Source of the DNA: Eledone cirrhosa
Lineage: Eukaryota
NCBI GenBank assembly: GCA_964016885.1
Contig: OZ024762.1
Location: 12,710,001 to 12,774,000, forward strand
Length of the DNA: 64,000 nucleotides
Direction: 5' to 3'
Shown: in pieces, positions 1-11,966 of the stretch
How the letters are laid out: each line of letters opens with the position of its first letter
How positions within the stretch are numbered: position 1 is the first letter of the stretch
Made by a program: the position numbers and the translations under genes
The notes under the pieces: generated by a model
Seen by the model: only the letters and a program-made list of their open reading frames with translations
Told to the model about the DNA's origin: nothing
Databases searched by the model: none

Positions 1-1005
1 ACTATAAACATACAACCTAATATTACCAACAAACACCAAATGAAAAGTACACACCTAAATGCCACCCACACTATACCCCAAAATACCAACAACTCTTCTA
101 ATATAAAGTATAGTAACTCTCAAAAAACTACTCATCATACAACTCTAATAAATGTTAATAATAAAACTCCTAATAAACAAGATAAAACACCTAAATCTAC
201 AAATCTAACTAAAAATGTGCGTGGTGAGATCATTAACATTAATCCTCCTAGTAAACATCACGATACAACCTATAAAAATAATAAACAACATAGAAACCGT
301 AATAGACGGGTTACTTGGTATAATGCTCCATTTAATTTACAAATTAAGGATAATATTGCTAAAAAATTTTTTTATATCCTAGAGAAAAACTTCCCGCCAA
401 ACCACAAATACCATCAAATCTTAAATAGGTCTACAGTTAAATTCTCATACTCAACAACAAATAACATAAAACAAAATATAAGTGCCTATAATGCATATAA
501 ATGTAAGAATACCATAAGTATACCACCAATACATCAAACTAACCATAATATCTCATCAAATACAGAATTAACGAAAGGTTGTAACTGTAGAAACAAAGCA
601 AACTGCCCATTAAAAGGAAATTGTCTTGTTAACAACATAGTTTATAAATGTAATGTTAAAACTAAAGATTCTATTTGTTCATATATAGGAGCTACTTCTA
701 ACAATTTTAAGGCAAGGTTTAATACCCACAAACATAGTTTTAAAAATGCCGCACTGGCTAATACAACATCTCTAGCAGAAAAAATCAATAGTTATAAAAA
801 TAAGAATATAGAATATGATATGACCTGGAGTGTGCTCAAAAGAGCCACCCCTTATCAAAATAATAGAAATGAATGTAGATTATGTTCCCAAGAACTATTT
901 GAAATAATGAAATCTAAGGATATCCTATTAAATAAACGACAGGAATTAATTATATCGTGTAATCATAAACTAAGAAAAACATTTAAATATTATAAACCTA
1001 ATTAA
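1..1005 (+). mobile_element. Penelope-like retroelement (PLE), C-terminal linker plus GIY-YIG endonuclease; resembles the Naiad/Neptune type. The ORF is open at the window edge.
   Basis: Frame 1 is open from base 1 to TAA at 1003-1005. Motifs: WYNAPF..KF..FP..H..NR..K.SYS, Cys linker CNCR..CPLKGNC, IVYKC...YIGAT..FKARF..H (GIY-YIG), WSVL, CRLC..E, LLNKRQE..SCNH. The RT would lie upstream of the window. Confidence 0.85.
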
Positions 1006-1485
1006 TAACATTATTTTAGAAATTAATATATATTTTAATTTAAATGTTTGTTAACCTATAAATTTAATTTAATTAAAATTCTACTACAGATGAGATTATA
1101 AAATATTGTGTAATCATAAATTGCGAATAACTTTTAAATATTACTAATATATACTTCGTAAATTAATTTATAGATTAATTTTAATTTATTTAACCTTTTA
1201 TTAAAATTCCTTTACAGATAAAATATAACAAAATATCGTGTATTCAATGACAGAGAAATAATTTTTAGTATTATAGACCTAATTAATGTAGATTTTAGAA
1301 ATATATTTATAATTTGGTTTTAAATTTGGTTAACCTAAAAGTTTAATTTAATTGGCTTAAAATTAATATCCTAATACAGATGGATTGCAGAGTGTCATGT
1401 AATCATAGACTGAGATAGGTTTTGGATGTATACCTAGTTAATATATTCTTTGCAATTTTTGAAAAAATATGTATGTGTATGTGTA

Positions 1486-1543
<58 letters not shown>

Positions 1544-2050
1544 TATGTGTATGTATTAATTTTAATTTCTGTTTACCTATAATTATATTCTACTATGGAT
1601 AAAATACAATATCTGTTTTAATTATTATAAACCTAATTAACATATACTATAGAAATTAATATATAAATTTTAAATTAGTTTACCTATAATTTATATTCTA
1701 CTACCGATGTAATACTTTATTTGTTTTTTTCCCTATTACTAAATTCATTTCCTAATATTGATACCATAACGTTAATAATTTTAATTTAGTTATACTATAA
1801 TTAATACTCTACTACTATTTAACTTCAAAATTCCGCTTCAAATATTATAAACCTAAGTAGTATACACCTTAGAAATCAATATATTAACTATCTTTAATTT
1901 AGTTAACCTATAATTAATGGTATACTTATATTGAAATGCATAATTTTGCCTTCTTTCTTACATTTCCTAATACTGAAACTACTATGTAAACGCATATTAT
2001 GATCTAAATGCAGATTAATATTCTATGTTTCTTGAAACCTATATTTACTA
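1006..2050 (+). repeat. AT-rich degenerate repeat tract, probable PLE 3' UTR
   Basis: Recurrent ttaacctataatt, ataaacctaatta and attctactac motifs directly after the PLE stop codon. Confidence 0.4.
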
Positions 2051-2099
2051 TAATCCCCCCCCCCCCTCTACTAGTATTATTTGTATTTGTAAGCGTGGA

Positions 2100-2411
2100 T
2101 GTATGTATGTATATGTAGGTAGGTATGTATGTTTGGGTGTTTGTATGTGAGTATAAAAATACATATGTGCGCATGTAAATAAGGGTGTATGATCGTGTGT
2201 ATATTTATATATATATATGTATATATATGTGTGTGTATATGTATGTGTGTGTATATGTATGTGTATATATGTATGTATCTATGTATTTATGTGGGTATAT
2301 GTGTGTATGTATATGTATGCACATGTATATGTCTATGTGTATATGTGTGTATGTGTATATATGTACGTATGAGCGCATGTATATGTGAGTGTATGTATAT
2401 ATATATATATG

Positions 2412-2460
<49 letters not shown>

Positions 2461-2514
2461 ATATATATATTTGTAGTTGATGTGTGTATGTGTATATATA
2501 TATGTATGTATGTG

Positions 2515-2547
<33 letters not shown>

Positions 2548-2718
2548 GTATGTGTATGTGTGTATATATATATATATATGTATGTGTATGTGTGTGCATA
2601 TTTGTCTGACTGTGTGTATTAATTAATTTATTTATTTATTTCTTTTATTTCTTTTATTTCTTTATTTTTTTATATATATATGTATATGTATATGTATGTG
2701 TGTATATATATATATGTG

Positions 2719-2768
<50 letters not shown>

Positions 2769-2813
2769 CGCATGTATATGTGAGTGTGTGTATATATATA
2801 TATGTATATATAC

Positions 2814-2863
<50 letters not shown>

Positions 2864-2899
2864 AGTTGATGTGTGTATGTGTGTATATATATATGTATG

Positions 2900-2934
<35 letters not shown>

Positions 2935-3416
2935 GTATATATATATATATGTGTGTGTATATATATGTATATGTATGTGTATGTGTGTGCATATTTATCT
3001 GACTGTGTGTATTAATTTATTTATTTATTTATTTATTTTATTTCTTTATTTTTTATATATATGTATATATGTGTGTATGTGTATGTATGTATATATATAT
3101 ATATATATGTGTATATATATATGTATATATATATGTATGTATGTGTATATGTGTATGTGTGTGTGTATATATATGTATGTGTGTATGTATATGTATGTAT
3201 GTGTGTTTGCGTGTGTACGTGTGTATATATTTATATGTGTATATGTATCTCTATTTATATATGTATATATGTGTATGTATATCCCTTTATTTATGTATGT
3301 CTGAGTTGTGTGAGCGTGTGGTGGTGTTTGTATGTATATACGCATACATGGATGTGTATGTATGTGTATATATGCGTATATGTATGTGTGTATGTGTGCG
3401 TGAGTATATATGTGGG

Positions 3417-3473
<57 letters not shown>

Positions 3474-3616
3474 TATATGTGTGTGTATGTGTATATATAT
3501 CTTTATATATGTGTATGTGTACATGTGTGTATGTATGTGTATATATATATATATATATGTGTGTGTGTATATATATATATGTGTATGTGTGTATATATGT
3601 ATATATATGTATGTGT

Positions 3617-3674
<58 letters not shown>

Positions 3675-3765
3675 GTGGGTATGTATGTGTATGTGTGTAT
3701 ATACATGAGTGTGTTTATATATGTGTGTAGATGTGTGTATATATTTATATATATATATGTATATA
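2100..3765. repeat. Compound (TA)n/(TG)n/(TATG)n microsatellite field with an internal ~390-bp duplication
   Basis: Seen directly. Anchors atttgtagttgatgtg (~2470 and ~2858) and tctgactgtgtgtattaatt (~2605 and ~2998) recur about 390 bp apart. Confidence 0.9.
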
Positions 3766-3992
3766 TACAATATTAAATAAATGGAAAACTATATTTATAA
3801 AACCATATCTATTTCATTATATATATTTCGGGGATATATAATGAAATAGATATAATGAAATAGATATGGTTTTATAAATATAGTTTTCCATTTATTTAAT
3901 ATTGTAAATATACTCCAAATATTTGTCGAGTGCTTTTATATCAGTTATAAATATTTACTAGTTGTAACCCAACAATTTTAAATATAACTTTA
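3763..3992 (+). mobile_element. Small palindromic PLE-derived element (inverted repeat plus 3' tail); retains only the 3' half of a hammerhead
   Basis: ~60-bp inverted repeat (acaatattaaataaatggaaaactatatttataaaaccatatctatttcattata and its reverse complement), then a tail tactccaaatatttgtcgagtgc...aaatataact homologous to the tail at 21715-21800. The minus strand reads GAAA-TATATA-TA-ATGAAA. Confidence 0.7.
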
Positions 3993-3996
3993 CATG

Positions 3997-4057
<61 letters not shown>

Positions 4058-4257
4058 TGTGAATGTATATATATATATATGTATGCGTGTATGTGTGTAT
4101 ATATATATATATGTGTGTATGTGTGTATATGTCTATGTATTTATATGTGTATATGTATGTGTCTTTATATGTATGCGTGTGTGTATGTGTATGCGTATTT
4201 ATATGGTGTGTGTATGTATATGTATGTGTATGTATGTGTTTATGTATATGTGTATGT

Positions 4258-6165
4258 ATCATCATCATCATCATCACCGTTTTACGTCCGTTCTTCCACG
4301 CTAGCATGGGTTAGACGGGTTGTCCTGTTGTGGGCAGTGTCTGGTCGGCTGACCATGCCTTGCTCATACAGGAACTGATCTGGCTTGATTTCTACAGCTG
4401 GATGCCCTTCCTAACACCAACCTCATTTACAGTGAGTGCTGGGTGCTTTTTCGTGGCGCCTACACGTCCACTTTACAGTGTGGGCTGGGTGCTTTTTTGC
4501 CGTGGCACCTCCACGACCACCTTGCGGTGGGGTGGGGGTGGGGGGGCATATTGTTTATATGTCGGGTACCCTGTATTACTGCGTGACGCCAGAAGTCACG
4601 GTCGTGTGTCATTGACTTTGAGAGGTGTAGTTGGGTAAGGTCGGCTTTTATCACCTCATCCCAAGTCATCTTGGGTCTCCCCACTCCGCGGTTTCCATCA
4701 GCTCTGCACCTTTTTATGCAGCTGTCATCCTTCATACGCATCACATGTCCATACCAGCGTAACCGCCTCTCCTGCACGCAGCATTTGATTCCTCTTATGC
4801 TCAGTCTCTCTCTCAATTCCTTTATGCTTTGTCGTTCACGTATATTACTGTTACACATCCATCGGAGCATGCAGGCTTCGTTTCTCTCTAATCTACGTAA
4901 GTCTTCCACCTTCAGCGCCCAGGTCTCACTACCATGCAACATCGCTGTTCGGATACACGCATCATACAGTCTGCCTTTCTTTCTGAGGGAGAAGCCTTTT
5001 GCAGCTAGCAGTGGTAGTAGTTCCCTAAACTTCTTCCATCCCGTTCTTACCCTAGTTATTGTACTTTCTGAGCACCCACCTCCGTTGCTAATTCGGTCAC
5101 CTAGGTAGCAGAAGCTGTCTACTGTTTCTACAGGGCCCTCCCAGAGATTGGTGGTACTTGTTTCCTGTGGCTGTTTGCTTGCTGTTTCAGCACAGCTGCT
5201 GCATGTGAATCCTACATTCTTAATTAAGCTTCCTGAGATCCCGCTACATCTCTTGTGTACCCATTGTTTGCATTTGGGGCAGAGAATGGAGTTCCTACCT
5301 ACACCTTTCCTACATACTGAGCAAGGCCATTTCCCTGAGGGGATCTGGGTTCTGTTTTCTCGTCTACTTATAAGGACCTTAGTCTTTGTCATGTTGACTT
5401 TGAGGCCCTTTCTCTCTAGTCCCTGCTTCCAGGTTTGGAATTTATTCTCTAGTTCTACCATAGATTCAGCTATGAGTGCGAGGTCATCAGCATACAGGAG
5501 TTCCCATGGGCATCCGGTCTTAAACTCCTTCGTTATTGCCTGCAGGACTATGATGAACAGGAGAGGGCTAAGAACAGAGCCTTGGTGGACCCCAACCTGT
5601 ACGCTAAATTCCTCGCTATACTCATTGCCAATCCTAACTTTGCTGACTGCTCCCCTATACATGGCTTGTACCGCTTTCACAAGCCATTCATCTACTCCTA
5701 GTTTTCTAAGAGCCCACCAGATTACTGCACGTGGAACTCTGTCAAAGGCTTTCTCAAGGTCGACAAATGCCAAGTAGAGTGGCTTACTTTTAGCTAGGTA
5801 CTTTTCCTGTAATTGCCTCACAAGGAAGAGGGCATCAGTGGTGCCTTTCCCTGGTACAAACCCAAATTGCATCTCGTCTATATTCACCCGGTCCCTAATC
5901 AGCTGTGCTATAACTCTTTCTGTTACTTTCATGACCTGGTCCATCAACTTTATACCTCTATAGTTTCCTCTATCTAGTGCATCGCCTTTACCTTTGTAGC
6001 AGTTGACAATGATGCTACTGCACCAATCTTTTGGTATGGCCCCCTCTAGTATTACCTGGTTAACGATACGTGTGGTTATAGTGTGACCTACAGACCCAGA
6101 TGCCTTCAGCATCTCGGCAGCTATACCCGATGGACCGGTTGCCTTCCCTATCTTCATATCTCTGA
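4258..6165 (-). mobile_element. RTE-clade LINE, 5'-truncated (RT domain with an internal PHD-like finger) plus 3' UTR and (GAT)n tail
   Basis: ORF 4460-6157: GKATGPSGI, NYRGIKL, QFGF.PG.GTTDA, FVDLEKAFDRV, GVHQGSVLSPLLF, LYADDL, YLGD, RRLRWYGHVMRM, GRPKMTW. Tail ends ...ggacgtaaaacggtgatgatgat. Confidence 0.95.
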
Positions 6166-6221
6166 TTGCCTTACTTACTACGCTGCCGTATGTGTATGTA
6201 TATATATGTATATATATATAT

Positions 6222-6253
<32 letters not shown>

Positions 6254-6318
6254 GTATGTATATCGATGTATATTTTATATTTTACTTGTTTATATGTGTA
6301 TATGTATGTATATATGTA

Positions 6319-6353
<35 letters not shown>

Positions 6354-6953
6354 TTTCTTGATATATTTCTTTTTTCTTTTTCTTTTCTTTTTATTTCTAA
6401 ATTTATAGATACATTTATAAATAGGCAGTCTGTTGACACCAGTGAATACTGACCTCTTCCCCCCCCCCCCCACCTAATTTCTGTATCTGGATCTAAATAT
6501 GTGTGGCAGTGTTTATGTGCGCGCATTAATGTCCATATGCTTATGATAATACTATATACACATATATATGTATGTGGGTGTGTGTGTGTGTATGTATGTT
6601 CGTGGTTGTGTGTATGTTTATGCGTATACGCGCGTGTGTGTGTGAATGTACGTATATGTGTGAGTATATGAATGCGTGTGTATATTTGTTTTTATGTTTA
6701 TGTGTGTATGCGTGTTTTATCTGTAGATTATGGACATACAGAGACATTAGCCTTGAATTTTTGTATTTACATACATCTTTTTGGCATGCGTATGCATGTG
6801 AACATATATCTTTATGCATATCAGTGAACGAAGTTAATTACATATATACACACACCTAACTGTATAAACTTTTTGTATTTTCATTGGTCAATTTGAACTC
6901 TGTTCCCAAACAGACCTGTAATTTTGAATTGTTGTTATTATCAATAAATATAT

Positions 6954-7107
6954 TTCATTATTTCTGAAGACGGCATATATATGTGTTGGTATGTATATTT
7001 AATCTTGATAGTTTGTATAATTTTGTATAATTTTGTACATAGATCTGTTGAATATGCATGCCAATTCTAACACATATATATCCTAGAAACGATCGTTAAA
7101 TAATGAA
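6954..7107 (+). ncRNA. Type I hammerhead ribozyme (PLE pLTR type) with an enlarged stem II
   Basis: Perfect 10-bp stem I ttcattattt (6954-63) / aaataatgaa (7098-7107); core CTGAAGA 6964-70; stem II atatatatgtgttgg / ctaacacatatatat; GAAA 7086-89; palindromic stem III acgatcgt; GUU cleavage triplet. Confidence 0.75.
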
Positions 7108-7167
7108 CTTTTTTTGTTTAATATAAGGAACTGTTTCATTGTTTTATTCATTATTTTTTTAATATTT

Positions 7168-7381
7168 TATATATATATATATATGTATATGCATATATAT
7201 GTATATGCATATATATGTATATATGTGTATATGTATATATATATGTGTGTGTGTGTGTATATATATATGTATATGCATATATATATGTATATATGTATAT
7301 GTATATATATATGTATATATGTATATATATATATATGTATATATATGTATATATATATATGTATATATATATGTATATATG

Positions 7382-7440
<59 letters not shown>

Positions 7441-7570
7441 GTATATGTATACATATATGTATATGTATACATATATGTATATGTATACATATATGTATAT
7501 GTATACATATATGTATATATATATATATGTATATATATGTATATATATGTGTATATATATATGTATATAT
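7168..7570. repeat. (TA)n/(TATG)n microsatellite
   Basis: Seen directly. Confidence 0.9.
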
Positions 7571-8105
7571 ATCATCATCATCATCATCACCGTTTTACGT
7601 CCGTTCTTCCACGCTAGCATGGGTTAGACGGGTTGTCCTGTTGTGGGCAGTGTCTGGTCGGCTGACCATGCCTTGCTCATACAGGAACTGATTTGGCTTG
7701 ATTTCTACAGCTGGATGCCCTTCCTAACACCAACCTCATTTACAGTGAATGCTGGGTGCTTTTTCGTGGCGCCTACACGTCCACTTTACAGTGTGGGCTG
7801 GGTGCTTTTTTACCATGGTGCCTACATGTCCACTTTACAGTGTGGGCTGGGTGCTTTTTTGCTGTGGCACCTCCACGACCACCTTGCGGTGGGGGGTGTG
7901 GGGGCGTATTGTCTATATGCTTCAGCTTGTACCCATGGGAGGTCGGGTACTCTGTATTACTGCGTGACGCCAGAGGTCACGGTCGTGTGTCATTGCCTTT
8001 GAGAGGTGTAATTGGGTAAGGTCGGCTTTTATCACCTCATCCCAGGTCATCTTGGGTCTCCCCACTCCGCGGTTGGGTAAAAGCTGAAGCATATAGACAA
8101 TATGC
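7571..8105 (-). mobile_element. RTE LINE 3' fragment with a short inverted duplication at its 5' junction
   Basis: Nearly identical to 4258-4690; encodes GRPKMTWDEVIKADL..TRPPMGTS*. 8073-8105 is the reverse complement of ~7904-7936. Confidence 0.9.
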
Positions 8106-8315
8106 ATCATGTGACCATACCAACGTAGTCTTCTCTCGAGTAAACAACATCTGATCCCTCTTATTTCTAATTTTTCCCTTTAGACTATATATATATATGT
8201 CCTGGGGGTAGACTGTATATATATGTCCCGGAGGTAGACTGTATATATATATGCCGGAGGTAGACTGTATATATATATATATATCCTTACTTCCACTCTC
8301 TTTTTTTTTTTTCAG

Positions 8316-9365
8316 GAATCTATCACAGTTTATTGAAGAAGATATTTCCACCGAAGGATCATCATCAGACACAGAGGGACACTTAGACAACAACGACAGT
8401 AACAGCAACATTATTGAGGAAGAATCAGCCACTGCTGCGTACATGAATGCTATGTCGTCTGTCAGAAGCAGCGCAAGACACCGCTTGCACAATAACGACT
8501 GCAACAGCAACAACAACAGCAACAACAACAACAACAACAACAACAACAGCAACAGCAGCCACAAATCTTTGCAGAGACGGCGTCACAAAGGAGGATTAAA
8601 TAAGTCGGCTTTGATATCATCGGAGAGATTTATCGATAGCGACTGGCTTGTCGAGGATATGCAGCCATCCAAGCGGAAACGTGTCGCAGCAAGGGGCAAT
8701 TATTTTACTACAGGTTCGGCCGTACGGAACAACTCCGACAACAAGAACAAGAATATTTCGGCCGACTCTGTTGCAGCAGCTCCTGCAAAACCATCTTCTC
8801 TATCTTCTTATTCAAAACGTTTGAAGTCGTCGTCAAAGCAATATTCTGTTGTTGCCGACGACGACCATGATGATGATGATGATGATAATGATAATGATGA
8901 TGATGATTACGATGATGAAGAACGCTGTGGATTCGATGACAGCATTACCGGTAGTAACCTCCCAGATCCATTTATCTCTGATATTGATTTAACAAACACC
9001 ACCGCCAGCAGCGGCACCATCAGCAGCACCGCCACCGGTCAGCAGTGGGGCAGCAACAGATTCAGTTCCTCGTTAATATCAGCACCGAACCACGGGGCCG
9101 CCACACCAACACCGATGTTTAATTGGAGTTCTGATCTCCGTTTGTCTGACACCGCTGACACCCTCGGCTCAGTACAGCAGCAGCCGTCATCCTCTGTCTA
9201 CTCTTCCACCTTCATACCACCACCATTGTCATCATCATCATCATCATCATCATCTACAACATTACCACTAAGAACTGACAGCGTTGCTTATGGCACAGTC
9301 CACCCGTTCACCAAAGTGTTTGTGAAGGTCGGCACGCTGTGCTTCTGTGTGCCTCTTGCCCCCAG
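8316..9365 (+). CDS. TONSL: TONSL exon (acidic, low-complexity linker and start of the UBL domain)
   Basis: Polypyrimidine tract with ttcag| acceptor and ag|gtgag donor. AYMNAMSSVRSS, ALISSERFIDSDWLVEDM and KVFVKVGTLCFCVP match TONSL motifs as I recall them. Phase 2-2. Confidence 0.85.
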
Positions 9366-9487
9366 GTGAGTCCAATATACCATGTGTCCCCTATTATAAG
9401 CCCTACCCCTACAAAGTAACCCCTAGCATTATTTTTATGTTACTGTCCAATATAAATCCTGCCCTGAAAATATATATATATGTATGT

Positions 9488-9521
<34 letters not shown>

Positions 9522-10208
9522 CCGTTTTACATCCGTTCTTCCACGCTAGCACGGGTTAGACGGGTTGTCCTGTTGTGGGCAGTGTCTGGTCGGCTGACCA
9601 TGCCTTGCTCATACAGGAACTGATTCTGGCTTTATTTCTACAGCTGGATGCTCTTCCTAACACCAACCTCATTTACAGTGAGTGCTGGGTGCTTTTTTAC
9701 CATGGTGCCTACACGTCCACTTTACAGTGTGGGCTGGGTGCTTTTTTGCCGTGGCACCTCCACGACCACCTTGCAGTGGGAAGGTGTGGGGGCATACTGT
9801 CTATATGCTTCAGCTTGTACCCATGGGAGGTCGGGTACTCTGTATTACTGCGTGACGCCAGAGGTCACGGTCGTGTGTCATTGCCTTTGAGAGGTGTAAT
9901 TGGATAAGGTCGTCTTTTATCACCTCATCCAAGGTCATCTTGGGTCTCCCCACTCCGCGGTTTCCATTGACTTCTAGTGCTCTGCACCTTTTTATGCAGC
10001 TGTCATCCTCCATACGCATCACATGTCCATACCAGCGCAACCGCCTCTCCTGCACACAGCATTTGATTCCTCTTATGCTCAGTCTCTCTCTCAATTCATT
10101 TATGCTTTGCTGTTCGCGTATATTACTATTACACATCCATTGCAGCATGCAGGCTTCGTTTCTCTCTAATCTACGTAAGTCTTCCACCTTCAGTGCCCTG
10201 GTCTCACT
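9488..10208 (-). mobile_element. RTE LINE 3' fragment
   Basis: SETRALKVEDLRRLERNE...RRLRWYGHVMRM...GRPK; same 3' UTR and tail as the 4258 copy. Confidence 0.92.
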
Positions 10209-10293
10209 GTGTGTATATATATATATCATCATCTTCATCATCATCATCTTCATCATCATCTTCATCATACGTCCGCTTCGCCCTGCTTGCATA

Positions 10294-10482
10294 TATATGT
10301 TAAGTATTTCCGAAGAAAAAGCAAAGGAAAAAAAGAGTGCTCTATGTATAATACAGAGCTATTTAATTAGAAAGTGACCTTCCTTCTGATGAGTGAACCA
10401 GGCGTATGTTAATACTGTTTAGGGTGCTGAAACCTTTGGTAATGGAGTAGTTATGTATTGTGTTGGTCACTTTCTAATTATA
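10294..10482 (-). mobile_element. Small PLE-derived element: tailed copy on the minus strand plus an inverted, hammerhead-bearing copy
   Basis: 16-bp inverted repeat taattagaaagtgacc (10364-79) / ggtcactttctaatta (10465-80); tail hairpin gctct..agagc; (TA)n flanks. Confidence 0.6.
10380..10447 (+). ncRNA. Type I hammerhead ribozyme
   Basis: CTGATGA 10386-92; GAAA 10429-32; stem III ACC-ttt-GGT; GUA cleavage site; stem I ttcctt/atggag with one mismatch; imperfect stem II containing the gtat-gtta-atac hairpin. Confidence 0.65.
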
Positions 10483-10771
10483 TATATATATATATGTCTG
10501 TGTGTCCCTCCTGAATGTATATGCCTCTCCCTGTATGTGTGTGTGCCTGTCCCTGTATGTGCCTGTCTCTGTGTGTATGTGTCCCTGTGTATGTGTGTGT
10601 CCCTGTGTGTGTCCCTGTATGTGTGTCTGTCCCTGTGTGTGTGTCTGTGCCTGTATGTGTGTGTCCCTGTGTGTATGTGTGTCTGTCCCTGTATGTGTGT
10701 GTGTCTGTCCTTGTATGTGTGTGTCACTGTGTGTATGTGTGTGTGTCTGTATATATATATGTGTGTGTGTC

Positions 10772-10817
<46 letters not shown>

Positions 10818-10849
10818 CTTGTGTGTGTATGTATATATGTGTGTGAGTA

Positions 10850-10894
<45 letters not shown>

Positions 10895-11065
10895 ATATAT
10901 ATGTGTGTGTGTATATATATGTGTGTGTGTATGTATATGTGTGTGTGTATATATATATGTGTGTGTCTATATATATATATGTATATATGTGTGTGTGTGT
11001 GTGTGTATATATATGTGTGTGTGTCTATATGTATATATATGTGTGTGTGTGTGTGTGCTTGTGTG

Positions 11066-11103
<38 letters not shown>

Positions 11104-11130
11104 AGTGTGTATATATATATGTGTGTGTGT
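10483..11130. repeat. (TG)n/(TA)n microsatellite with gtccctgt-anchored units
   Basis: Seen directly. Confidence 0.9.
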
Positions 11131-11164
11131 CATTTCTGTTTACTTCAGCAATTATCTCTTCCAG

Positions 11165-11321
11165 TGACCGATCCAAAACAATCTTGTGGCTTAACCAGGA
11201 GACGTCACGGCGTGTCTATGTCCAGTGTCATTTGAAGCCGATTCTGTCGCTGACCACAAAATCTGGGGCCATTCTTGACTCCGATGACAAAATCTCTATG
11301 GTTATTGAAAATGGAGAAGAG
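11165..11321 (+). CDS. TONSL: TONSL exon (UBL domain)
   Basis: ttccag| acceptor and gag|gtaagg donor; DRSKTILWLNQETSRRVYVQCHLKPILSLTTKSGAILDSDDKISMVIENGEE; phase 2-0. Confidence 0.9.
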
Positions 11322-11360
11322 GTAAGGATCAGAGGCTGTCTTTCCCCTACACTTGTTTAA

Positions 11361-11510
11361 CCTTTTAGCATTTAAACCAGTCGTAACTGGCCAGAATTCT
11401 CTCACCTCTTTCTGTTGAAACAGGCTGTAACCAGCTGCTCATACTGATGTTAAGGTATTCTCAAAGTAAATATCAAAATCTCATAGATTCAATATTATGT
11501 GAGATAATTG
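11361..11510 (+). mobile_element. piggyBac-like MITE, left part only
   Basis: TTAA followed by ccttttagcatttaaacc; matches the reverse complement of the complete copy at 30499-30691 (gccagaattctct, aaaatctcatagattc.atattatgtgagataatt). Confidence 0.7.
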
Positions 11511-11665
11511 TCTGGGGTGGAGGGGTGTCAAGAAAATAAAGTACTAATCCCCCATTACCCCACCCCTCCCAGCTCTGCCCTCACCCCAACCCTTGACCTG
11601 CCTCATCCTGCCTCTCCAATTTGTTAACTTTGTCCTTATATGTGCTTATGTCTTTGCTTTACTAG

Positions 11666-11744
11666 CTTGAAGGTTGCGTTACCTCGTGGGACTTGCCTCC
11701 ATTCAAAGATCGTTACATAGAGGCGTGTAAAGCTAATAAGACAG
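11666..11744 (+). CDS. TONSL: TONSL exon (UBL/LRR junction)
   Basis: actag| acceptor and cag|gtgagt donor; LEGCVTSWDLPPFKDRYIEACKANKT contains the TONSL signature VTSWDLPP..RY..AC. Phase 0-1. Not in the ORF track. Confidence 0.95.
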
Positions 11745-11966
11745 GTGAGTATGTTGACCACACCTTTACCTTTTGATTATAATATGAAACCCCTAATTAA
11801 GCAGGTAAGTGTTCTAACCACATCTTTACCTTTTGATTTAAATAGGAACCCCTAATTAGACAGGTATGTGTTCTAAGCACACCTTTACTTGTTGATTAAA
11901 ATATGAACCCCTAATTAAACAGGTGTGTTAACCACACCTTTACCTTTTAATTAAAATAGAATCACC
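11734..11966 (+). repeat. ~59-bp tandem repeat (4 copies) spanning the exon donor site
   Basis: Unit taattagacag|gt..gtgttctaaccacacctttaccttttgatt.aaatatgaacccc, with GT at 11745, 11805, 11864 and 11923. Confidence 0.85.

Noticed and set aside
8251-8315. ATG at 8251 as the gene start
   Set aside because: It lies in a short repeat upstream of a strong acceptor. The TONSL TPR and ankyrin exons must be upstream of the window.
11146-11164. Alternative acceptor at 11148
   Set aside because: Its phase is incompatible with the upstream exon; only 11164/11165 keeps the UBL frame.
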